Source: Promethearchaeota archaeon (GTDB lineage: Archaea; Asgardarchaeota; Lokiarchaeia; Sigyniarchaeales; SOKP01). From it: DNA of 16,915 nucleotides. Made by a program: the position numbers and the translations under genes. Under the pieces are notes generated by a model. That model was not told where the DNA came from, made no database searches, and saw only the letters and a list, made by a program, of their open reading frames with translations. Numbering within the stretch: the first letter of the stretch is position 1; each line of letters starts with the position of its first letter. Below are positions 9,396 through 16,915 of this stretch, piece by piece. The DNA lies in the NCBI GenBank assembly GCA_048938445.1, contig JBHLME010000096.1, positions 1-16,915 on the forward strand. Reading direction: 5' to 3'.

Positions 9396-10496
9396 TTATT
9401 TTCTTCTTGTTCTGAAAAATATTCTCAAAATCATGCTGATTGCAATCACATATATTATTATTACAATCGGTACGATGAGATCTACTATGACGTTTCCGAA
9501 TATCGGGATTGTCGACAGGTTAATCCGAGCAAAACCAGTCACTACTGATACTACACTTAGTTCAAGTATCCAAGCAATAAATGCTGGGATCAATATGTAA
9601 AATATTGCTAAAATTAAAAATCCAAGTATCAATGGAATAAGCATTTTTAAAACACGCCCTACTCTTAACGAATCTGAATGGACTGTACCCTCGGGATCAT
9701 CTACATCATGAGTTCCAGTTGTAAACCAATAATTAAGACACATAAATACGTATCCACCGATCATATTACCCAATAAGACTGGTAAAAAGTTATATATAAA
9801 TGCTTGACTCCACGTGATTGGCGCTCCTGAAAAGATACCAATGGGGATGAAGAACATGTTTGCGATAAGGTGCTCTGATCCAACGGCTACGAATGCCATT
9901 ATAGGAAACCATATATTAAACACTTTCGCCATTAAATTATCTTTAGATTTCATGGCTTGATAGATTGCAAAATTAACTAATAAATTACAAACGATGCCTT
10001 TAAACATCATCACCATGAATCCACCAATGAAATCGGTTTGCATCGCAGAAACTTTTCCGTTAGCTATAGCTATTGCTTTTACAGCAGCTGCATCAGTAAT
10101 GAGGCCTCCATAAAGTAATGCAAAGGCGATTATCCATGCCCAACATATAGACCCAATCAGATTACCTCCCAAAGCTAAAAACCAGTTGCGGAACATCTCA
10201 TTCATTTTTACTTTCCTAGTACACGCACCCATAGGAGTGATCATGCAATCTCCTGTAAATAAGTCAGCTCCTCCCATAATAATAATTCCAATCAGGCCTA
10301 TGGGAAAGACTGCCGCGAACATGAACCCCCCCCAAGTGGGGCTAACTTTCGTTGCAACAATCGTAGCTAAGGTTGCACCTATGGCAATAAAGACTCCGGC
10401 ATTCCATCCAGTAACCAAATTAACTAAGAAAGACTGTTTCGTCTTACCATGTCCCGCAGATGCTATTGCATCAACGGTTGGATCAATACAAGACAT
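9396..10496 (-). CDS. fdhC: Formate/nitrite transporter (FNT) family channel, FdhC/FocA-like, with C-terminal membrane extension
   Basis: FPIGL...GADLFTG, GNLIG, GIVCN.LV, F...GSEH.IANM and LGNMIGG motifs. Divergent from an fdhA-containing operon. Confidence 0.92.
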   Translation of the reverse strand: MSCIDPTVDAIASAGHGKTKQSFLVNLVTGWNAGVFIAIGATLATIVATKVSPTWGGFMFAAVFPIGLIGIIIMGGADLFTGDCMITPMGACTRKVKMNEMFRNWFLALGGNLIGSICWAWIIAFALLYGGLITDAAAVKAIAIANGKVSAMQTDFIGGFMVMMFKGIVCNLLVNFAIYQAMKSKDNLMAKVFNIWFPIMAFVAVGSEHLIANMFFIPIGIFSGAPITWSQAFIYNFLPVLLGNMIGGYVFMCLNYWFTTGTHDVDDPEGTVHSDSLRVGRVLKMLIPLILGFLILAIFYILIPAFIAWILELSVVSVVTGFARINLSTIPIFGNVIVDLIVPIVIIIYVIAISMILRIFFRTRRK

Positions 10497-10618
10497 ATTT
10501 TATTCACTTTTTATTTTTTTTTTTTGTTATTCTTTTAATTAAAGAATGTAAATGTAAATTATGGTTTATTTTTAAATTTATTTACCAGAATAGTGATATT
10601 AACGATTAAATTATTTTG

Positions 10619-10718
10619 AATTATCGAACAATTATGCTGCTTTATGATTGGATTCCGAACTCATCGCAATAAAAGAATGAAAATTTCGAACTTTTCTGCA
10701 CTATTAAAATCGAATTTT
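10619..10718. promoter_or_regulatory. Putative transcription-factor binding array in the fdhC / hdrC divergent promoter
   Basis: CGAAC starts at 10625, 10656 and 10687 (31-bp period), with a further CGAAT at 10711, in very AT-rich DNA. Confidence 0.5.
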
Positions 10719-10848
10719 GAAATTGTAAAGGTCTAAAGAATGCATTTAATTGTTGGATTTATCCTAATAACTTAAATTCAATTACTAATTATAATATATA
10801 TTACATTAATTTGACAACAAAAACATTTTAAAAAAGAGTAGAAATTTT

Positions 10849-11331
10849 ATGGAAGTAATTAGGATAAGATATGATAAGGATGAGATAATCAAAAAAAATC
10901 CTGAAGTTGCCGTGTGTTTTAAATGCTCTGCTTGTGCTTTATTCTGTCCTGCTACTATGAATGTCAAAAGATATAATATTGAAGATGCTTTTATATCACA
11001 ACTCTTTGGAGCCGAAGAATCCGATACTTTAAAAGATGTGTGGATGTGTAGCAATTGTGAAAAATGTATTTTAATATGTCCTCAAGATGCTGAGCCCGCT
11101 GAGGTATTTACAAACTTAAAACAATTATCTTATCAGAAGGGATTAGCTCCGGAATCAGTTTATGCTTTGGCAAAACAAGTGGTAAATACTGGTAGTGCTT
11201 ATGAAGTAGGTGCTAAGATAAATTCTGATAGAAAAAAATTGGATTTAAAAGAATTATCTGCAAATGAAAGTGTAAGTAAAGAATTAAAAATCATTGCAGA
11301 AAAAACTGCTTTTAAAACGGAGGGGATTTAA
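10849..11331 (+). CDS. hdrC: Heterodisulfide reductase subunit C-like 2x[4Fe-4S] protein
   Basis: CFKCSACALFCP and WMCSNCEKCILICP ferredoxin motifs, 160 aa, directly upstream of hdrB. Confidence 0.9.
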   Translation: MEVIRIRYDKDEIIKKNPEVAVCFKCSACALFCPATMNVKRYNIEDAFISQLFGAEESDTLKDVWMCSNCEKCILICPQDAEPAEVFTNLKQLSYQKGLAPESVYALAKQVVNTGSAYEVGAKINSDRKKLDLKELSANESVSKELKIIAEKTAFKTEGI

Positions 11332-11333
11332 AA

Positions 11334-12224
11334 ATGGGAAAATATTTATTTTTTAAAGGGTGTACTATTCCAGCAAAATTACCAAATGTGGAAAAACTCG
11401 CTTTAGATATACTTCCTGAAATAGGAATTAAGATCCAAGAAGAAGAACAATTCTCTTGCTGTCCAGATCCCGTTCAACTCGAAGGGGCCAATCATTATTT
11501 TTGGTTAGCAGCTGCGGCGAGAAATTTAGCGATTGCTGAAGAAAAGAAAATGGATATCATGACATTATGTAACGGTTGTTTGAACACTTTAGCTATTGCT
11601 AATGACAAATTGAAAAAGAATCCTGAATTAAAAGCTGCTGTAAATAATGTATTAAAAGAAATCGGTAAAGAATATAAAGGCACAGTGGACGTTAAGCACC
11701 TAATGCAGGTAATAAAGGAAGATCTTGGGTATGATAATTTAAAAAGTAAAGTTAAAAAGCCTTTAAATGGTCTCAAAATTGCAAGTCATCCTGGATGCCA
11801 TTTACTAATGCCAGATGAAATTCTTGAATATGATGACCCTACTGATCCACAAGAATATGATAAATTTGTTTCTGCTTTAGGAGCTACCGCTGTTGATTAT
11901 AAAACCAAGGTTGATTGTTGTGGAGTTGCTTTAAATTTAGTAGGAGATAAAGAAGCAAATAACAAATGTATTGCAACTAAATTGTTAGATATAAAAAATA
12001 ATACAGGAGCACAGATTTTAAGTACGGGTTGTCCTTTCTGTTTTACACAATTTGATATGGGGCAAATTACAGCGTCAAGAGAGTTTCCTGAGCTTAAAGA
12101 TTCAAAAATTCCGGTATTATATGCTGTTGAATTATTAGGATTAGCGATGGGCAAAAGTATAGATGAAATCGGATATAAATCGCATAAAATCAAACCTGAG
12201 ATAAAAATATGGGAGGTAATTTAA
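11334..12224 (+). CDS. hdrB: Heterodisulfide reductase subunit B (two CCG domains)
   Basis: GC...SCCPDP...AAARNL...CNGC and HPGCH...DCCG...CPFCFTQFD, so both non-cubane cluster motifs are intact. GGAGG at 11319-11323. Confidence 0.95.
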   Translation: MGKYLFFKGCTIPAKLPNVEKLALDILPEIGIKIQEEEQFSCCPDPVQLEGANHYFWLAAAARNLAIAEEKKMDIMTLCNGCLNTLAIANDKLKKNPELKAAVNNVLKEIGKEYKGTVDVKHLMQVIKEDLGYDNLKSKVKKPLNGLKIASHPGCHLLMPDEILEYDDPTDPQEYDKFVSALGATAVDYKTKVDCCGVALNLVGDKEANNKCIATKLLDIKNNTGAQILSTGCPFCFTQFDMGQITASREFPELKDSKIPVLYAVELLGLAMGKSIDEIGYKSHKIKPEIKIWEVI

Positions 12225-12225
12225 A

Positions 12226-14319
12226 ATGGAAAAAGTATTAACAACTTGCGTGTATTGTGGAACCGGATGTCAAGTATATCTTAAAGTCCAAGATGGAAAG
12301 GTTGTTGACACCAAGCCAGTTCGAGATGGATTTAATCCTGGTAAGGGAAAATTATGCATTAAAGGGTGGTCTTTGCATGAATTTATTCATTCTCCTGAAA
12401 GATTAACTGATCCTATGATCAAGAGAAATGGTAAATTTGAAAAGGTAAGTTGGGAAGAGGCTATTAACTATGTTGCGGATAAATTCAAGACAATAAGGGA
12501 CGAAAATCCTGACAATCGACGAGTACTTGGATTTCTAAGTTCTGCGAAATGCACGAATGAAGAGAATTATGCTATGCAGAAACTCGCTCGAGCTGTTTTT
12601 AAAACGAATAGCGTAGATCACTGTGCTAGATTATGTCATGCCTCTACAGTAGCTGGTTTGGCCGCTTCTTTTGGTTCGGGAGCAATGACAAACTCGATTG
12701 ATGAGATTTCGGATGCAGATGTAATTTATATAACTGGATCAAATACTAACGAACAACATCCTCTAATCGGTAAGAGGATCTTGGAAGCTCTGCATAAGGG
12801 AGGGACACTGATTGTAGCTGATCCAAGAACGATTCCTCTTTCTGAACTAGCAATGGATCACGGTGGTATTGCGATGACTCAATGGCCAGGTACTGATGTT
12901 GCTCTTTTGAATGGTATTATGAATGAAATTATCAGCAACGATTGGCATGACAAGGACTTTATAGAAAAATATTGTGAGAATTTTGATGCTTTCAAGGAAG
13001 AAGTAATGAAGATGTCTCCAGCTCAAGCTGCTCAAATATGTGGTGTTAAAGAAGAAAACATAAAAGCCGCGGCTAAATTGATTGGAAATGCGAAAGCTTG
13101 TTCATTAATTTACTCTATGGGTATTACTCAACATACTACTGGTACTGACAACGTTAAATCTTGTGCTAATCTTCAAATGCTCTGTGGTAATATGGGTAAA
13201 TGGGGCACTGGTGTTAATCCATTAAGAGGTCAACAAAATGTGCAAGGAGCATGTGATTTAGGTGCCCTTGCGAACGTCTTTTCATCATATCAAAAAGTCG
13301 TTGAGGCTGATAAACGTGAAACCATGGCAAAAGTATGGAATATCGATCCTGCAACTATGGATGACCAAGTTGGACTCACAGTAGTTGAGATGATGAATGC
13401 TGCCTTTAATGGAACACTTAAAGGACTTTATGTTATGGGAGAAAATCCGATGGTAAGCGATCCCGATATAAATCACGTCCGTGAAGGATTAAAGAAGGTA
13501 TTCCTTGTTGTTCAAGATATCTTTATGACACCAACCGCTGAATTAGCTGATGTTATATTGCCAGCAGCTTCCTTTGCTGAGACTGATGGAACATTTACGA
13601 GTACTGAACGTAGAATCCAATTAATTAGAAAAGCAATTGAACCAATTGGTAATTCAAAACCAGACTGGGAGATAATTGGCTTAATAGCTAAGGCAGTGGG
13701 TTATGATGATCTGACATACTCCCATCCAAAAGAAATAGACGATGAAATAAATAAAACTACTCCAATTTATGCAGGAATTACTTGGGATCGACTCAATAGC
13801 AAAAGAGATGGTCTGCAATGGCCTTGTAGAGATACTTCTTCTCCAGGAACAGTATTTTTACACAAAGATGGTGCTTTTTCTCGAGGAAAAGGTCATTTCA
13901 ATGTAGTTCCATACTTGCCTCCTAAGGAAGGAGCGGGAAATTTGAAAGGTGAGGTTAATGATGATGCAAATTATCCAATGGTACTCTCAACAGGGAGAAT
14001 GCTTTGGCATTTCCACACGGGTACAATGAGTAGAAGGTCTCCAACTCTTCATGCGCGTGTTCCAGAAGGTTATGTTGAGATTAGTATTGATGATGCAGCA
14101 AAAATGGGAATCAATTCAGGTGACAAAGTGAAAGTGAGCACCCGCCGTGGAGAAGTTATTACTAAAGCAAAAGTGACCCATCGAGTGCAATCAGGATTAA
14201 TTTTCATGCCTTTTCATTTCAAGGAAGCCGCTGCTAATGTTTTGACTAATCCTGCATTAGATCCAACAGCAAAGATTCCTGAATTTAAAGTCTGTGCGGC
14301 AAACATTCGAAAAATTTAA
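12226..14319 (+). CDS. fdhA: Formate dehydrogenase alpha subunit (Mo/W-bisPGD, FdhF/FdhA type), Cys-ligated
   Basis: CVYCGTGC..LCIKG [4Fe-4S] motif, SSAKCTNEENY, DHCARLCHAS with a TGT codon, LRGQQNVQG, C-terminal PEFKVCA. GGAGGT at 12212-12217. Confidence 0.97.
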   Translation: MEKVLTTCVYCGTGCQVYLKVQDGKVVDTKPVRDGFNPGKGKLCIKGWSLHEFIHSPERLTDPMIKRNGKFEKVSWEEAINYVADKFKTIRDENPDNRRVLGFLSSAKCTNEENYAMQKLARAVFKTNSVDHCARLCHASTVAGLAASFGSGAMTNSIDEISDADVIYITGSNTNEQHPLIGKRILEALHKGGTLIVADPRTIPLSELAMDHGGIAMTQWPGTDVALLNGIMNEIISNDWHDKDFIEKYCENFDAFKEEVMKMSPAQAAQICGVKEENIKAAAKLIGNAKACSLIYSMGITQHTTGTDNVKSCANLQMLCGNMGKWGTGVNPLRGQQNVQGACDLGALANVFSSYQKVVEADKRETMAKVWNIDPATMDDQVGLTVVEMMNAAFNGTLKGLYVMGENPMVSDPDINHVREGLKKVFLVVQDIFMTPTAELADVILPAASFAETDGTFTSTERRIQLIRKAIEPIGNSKPDWEIIGLIAKAVGYDDLTYSHPKEIDDEINKTTPIYAGITWDRLNSKRDGLQWPCRDTSSPGTVFLHKDGAFSRGKGHFNVVPYLPPKEGAGNLKGEVNDDANYPMVLSTGRMLWHFHTGTMSRRSPTLHARVPEGYVEISIDDAAKMGINSGDKVKVSTRRGEVITKAKVTHRVQSGLIFMPFHFKEAAANVLTNPALDPTAKIPEFKVCAANIRKI

Positions 14320-14324
14320 AATAA

Positions 14325-14360
14325 TTTTTTTTATTTATTTTATTCATTGAAGTGAATTTT
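14325..14360 (+). terminator. Poly-T terminator candidate for the hdrCB-fdhA operon
   Basis: T8 and further T-rich sequence just after the TAA, followed by a weak hairpin ATTCA-TTGAAG-TGAAT. Confidence 0.55.
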
Positions 14361-14492
14361 AATAGCACATTATTTATTTGGTTTAATAAAAGTAATATAT
14401 TTAAGATTACATATAAACAGAGCAAAGCTCGCTTTTATTGAAATCTAAATCTTCCTATTTTTTTCAAAATGTTTCAAATCTCATAATATATC

Positions 14493-15017
14493 TTAATCTT
14501 TAAAAAGATAACATTTTTCACAGATTTGAGTATTTTTTTTTTCTAATTTATTACCACATATTATTTTAAGCGGTAAAAATTGAGGTAGTTTAAAATTTGA
14601 GATTATTATGATTTTGGAATGTAAGACACCCTGCATATTTAACGGGCCACAAAATTTAATTTTTTTATCCAAGTCTTCAATAGTACTTCCATATAAGCCA
14701 ATAAGAAGATTAAAGCTTCCTAATAACTCTAAGGTTAAAAAAACATAAGGGCAAGAATCATATCTCTTTATAATATTATTTAGATCCTCATGATTTTTCA
14801 CTTCCAGGAGTATTAAGCATGCCTTAAAATTTAATGCATCAAGACTTAAATTTCCTTGTATTTTAAGTATCCCTTCTTTATTCAACTTAGATAATCTCTT
14901 CTTGATCCCTGTATCACTAAAACATACTTTCTCAGAAATTCGTGTAAAGCTTTCTCTACCATCTTGGGATAAAATATCAAGTATTTCCCTGTCAGTTTTA
15001 TCTAATTTGGTATTCAT
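14493..15017 (-). CDS. Lrp/AsnC family transcriptional regulator with Cys-containing C-terminal tail
   Basis: LDKTDREILDILSQDGRESFTRISEKV..S...IKKRL..L...G HTH, RAM-like domain (G.FNLL), tail ICG...ICEKC. Confidence 0.92.
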   Translation of the reverse strand: MNTKLDKTDREILDILSQDGRESFTRISEKVCFSDTGIKKRLSKLNKEGILKIQGNLSLDALNFKACLILLEVKNHEDLNNIIKRYDSCPYVFLTLELLGSFNLLIGLYGSTIEDLDKKIKFCGPLNMQGVLHSKIIIISNFKLPQFLPLKIICGNKLEKKNTQICEKCYLFKD

Positions 15018-15125
15018 TGCTTACATGAATATAAATTATTTTTAATAATATAGGTAATATAATTTTATATAATCATTTAAAGTTACACAATGAAATTGTA
15101 TCATCTTTAAGCGTAAAAATTTTGC

Positions 15126-15147
15126 GATATGTACTCCCATACATATC
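15126..15147. promoter_or_regulatory. Perfect 8-bp inverted repeat, operator candidate
   Basis: GATATGTA-ctccca-TACATATC between the divergent lrp and hydrogenase genes. Confidence 0.5.
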
Positions 15148-15406
15148 CTATTTTTTATCATTCGAATTTTTCAATATAAATTATCGAATATTTTCATAAA
15201 AACTGTTTTTCTGGTTTGAATTGGAATGTTTAAAATATATTTATATATAATCTTCAGGAATAATTCTAATTTCAATCGATTTTATAAAAAAAAGTTAGAA
15301 AATTTTTAATAACATAGCATATAGAATAAACTATCTAATTTTTTAGGATTAAATTAGCTAATTAAAAAATCAATCAAAAAAAAAAAAATAGAGAGTGAAA
15401 ATTTAG

Positions 15407-16726
15407 ATGGCTGTTAAAGTGGCCTTCATGCAAGGCTCCGATTGTTGGGGCTGTCATCAATCCTTATTGAATGTACATCTAGGATTGTTAGACGTGTTAC
15501 CAGCATTGGAAATTGTATATTGGCCAGCAGTAGTCGATTTCAAGCATGATTCATTGAAAGCTAGAGCAGATGGAGAGATTGTCGTTGGATTTTGCGAAGG
15601 ATCATTGAGAACAAAGGAAGATATCGAAAATGTTAAATTAATGCGTCAAAAATGTCAACTCATCATTGCTTTTGGTAGCTGTTCATGTTATGGAAACGTT
15701 CATGGATTGGCTAACCAATGGAGTAAAGAAAATTTAGTTAAAAGAAAATTTTCTACAGTAGAAAGCATTGCTGATGGTAGTGGTGGGGAACCTACTAAAC
15801 ATGTTTCAGGATTTGCCGAAAAGGTCATCCCTACTGATGAAGTAATAAAGGTAGATGCATATATGTCTGGATGCCCTCCACGACCTGAACAAATAGTGAG
15901 CGCTGTAATGTTCTTATTAGGTCAAAAACCACAACCTATGGCTGACTTAGCATACTGTAATGATTGTGCAATCAAAAATAATTGCTTATTGGACAGAGGA
16001 ACTCTATGTTTTGGTCCAATTACAAGTATTGGGTGCTCTTTAAAATGTACTAGCGAGGGAAAACCATGTGTAGGTTGTTATGGTCCAGCAAAAACAGTAG
16101 CAAGTCAAGTATCTGCCTTAGACAATTTGACGAATAATCTTAGCTCGATTAGCTCTGGTGATAGAAAAACTTTATATGAAGCCTTAGCATTATTCCTGAA
16201 CCTTCCTTTAATGGCAGGTTTTGATTTATCTGCTGATATATTAAAGCAGATTAAGACTAAGGGTGAAGTTTTAACTCCATTAGCGAATCTCCCACCTGAT
16301 ACTGAGAAGATTGCATCGAAATTACTTGGATATATCAAGGATCATCCTGAATTCCATGAAATTTCAAACGTATGTGATACTTGTCCACGAATTAGAGGTC
16401 GGGTGAAGATGACGGAGGTCAAGCGGGACTATCAAGGGCTTCCTAATATGGATGATTGCTTGATTGAACAAGGATATATTTGCATGGGACCAGTTACAAG
16501 AGCTGGATGCGGAGGATTATGCATGCGTGTAAATGCCCCTTGTACCGGCTGCTATGGTCAAACAGAATGGGTTGCAGATCAAGCATCGAGATATGCTGAA
16601 CTTGTAACCAAGAGCTTTAATGTCGGTTTGTCTAAAGATGAATTATTGGCTCAAGTAAAAGATCAACGTGGAACGTTTGAAAAATTTACATTAGCAATGA
16701 ATAAGAGCTATCAAGGAGGCGAATAA
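15407..16726 (+). CDS. mvhG: Group 3 (Mvh/Vhu-like, F420-non-reducing) [NiFe]-hydrogenase small subunit, extended
   Basis: Proximal-cluster motifs CWGC, EGS, FGSC..YG and GCPP, followed by two copies of the CxxC..CL..G..C.GP.T..GC...C......C.GC.G module. 439 aa. Confidence 0.88.
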   Translation: MAVKVAFMQGSDCWGCHQSLLNVHLGLLDVLPALEIVYWPAVVDFKHDSLKARADGEIVVGFCEGSLRTKEDIENVKLMRQKCQLIIAFGSCSCYGNVHGLANQWSKENLVKRKFSTVESIADGSGGEPTKHVSGFAEKVIPTDEVIKVDAYMSGCPPRPEQIVSAVMFLLGQKPQPMADLAYCNDCAIKNNCLLDRGTLCFGPITSIGCSLKCTSEGKPCVGCYGPAKTVASQVSALDNLTNNLSSISSGDRKTLYEALALFLNLPLMAGFDLSADILKQIKTKGEVLTPLANLPPDTEKIASKLLGYIKDHPEFHEISNVCDTCPRIRGRVKMTEVKRDYQGLPNMDDCLIEQGYICMGPVTRAGCGGLCMRVNAPCTGCYGQTEWVADQASRYAELVTKSFNVGLSKDELLAQVKDQRGTFEKFTLAMNKSYQGGE

Positions 16727-16730
16727 AGAA

Positions 16731-16915
16731 ATGGTAAAAGAAATAGAAGTAGAACCAGTTACTCGATTAGAAGGGCATGGTGGGTTGCACATTAAAATCG
16801 GAGACGATGGAAAGGTGCAGGACGTGCAATTTAACATTACTTCGACGAGATTTTTTGAAAAGTTCGTGGAAGGACGTTACTGCGAGCACATTCCAAGGAT
16901 TACCCCGAGAATCTG
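16731..16915 (+). CDS. mvhA: Partial [NiFe]-hydrogenase large subunit (MvhA/VhuA-like)
   Basis: Not in the ORF track. MVKEIEVEPVTRLEGHGGLHIKIGDDGKVQDVQFNITSTRFFEKFVEGRYCEHIPRITPRI(C) contains TRxEGH, R.FE and the start of the L1 RIC motif. GGAGG at 16715-16719. Confidence 0.93.
   Translation, partial: MVKEIEVEPVTRLEGHGGLHIKIGDDGKVQDVQFNITSTRFFEKFVEGRYCEHIPRITPRI

Noticed and set aside
10600-10720. CRISPR-like or tandem repeat reading of the 31-bp periodicity
   Set aside because: Only a 5-bp core repeats, with no long direct repeats and no cas genes; it fits protein-binding sites better.
14340-14435. Possible SECIS element downstream of fdhA (small hairpins such as GAGC-AAA-GCTC at 14420-14430)
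   Set aside because: The stems are too short, there is no convincing AUGA/GA or GAA/A core, and no in-frame UGA in the upstream operon.
15018-15406. Hidden mvhD/vhuD or hypC in the intergenic gap
   Set aside because: The region is extremely AT-rich with frequent stops, and no Cys/Sec motif-bearing frame was seen.
537-16338. Short antisense or overlapping ORFs in the track (537..908, 2270..2452, 2409..2618, 4580..4771, 5892..6089, 6944..7264, 7367..7735, 8834..9067, 9068..9283, 10186..10542, 10806..11054, 11495..11776, 11897..12193, 12847..13035, 13285..13476, 16105..16338)
   Set aside because: All lie opposite longer, better-supported genes and show no recognisable motifs; they are shadow frames.

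Overview
AT-rich archaeal window, most consistent with an Asgard archaeon (Lokiarchaeia-like). This is inferred from gene content, poly-T terminators and a membrane protein ending in a Cys/His-rich Zn-finger; it was not confirmed by search. The window is a formate/hydrogen redox locus. It holds [NiFe]-hydrogenase maturation genes (hypF, hypE, hypD) and an FNT formate channel with an extra membrane-spanning tail, divergent from a tightly coupled hdrC-hdrB-fdhA operon (Cys-type FdhA; no fdhB, hdrA or mvhD). A Cys-rich Lrp/AsnC regulator is divergent from a group 3 (Mvh/Vhu-like) hydrogenase whose small subunit carries a duplicated 8-Cys Fe-S module. Between hypF and hypE, two annotated beta-helix ORFs appear to be one ~879-aa receptor-like gene (tandem beta-helix, TM, RING-like finger) split by a 1-nt frameshift. 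A partial AlkZ/HTH_42-like gene lies at the left edge. The two divergent promoter regions share a near-identical TCGAA-centred motif, and one has three CGAAC cores spaced exactly 31 bp apart.
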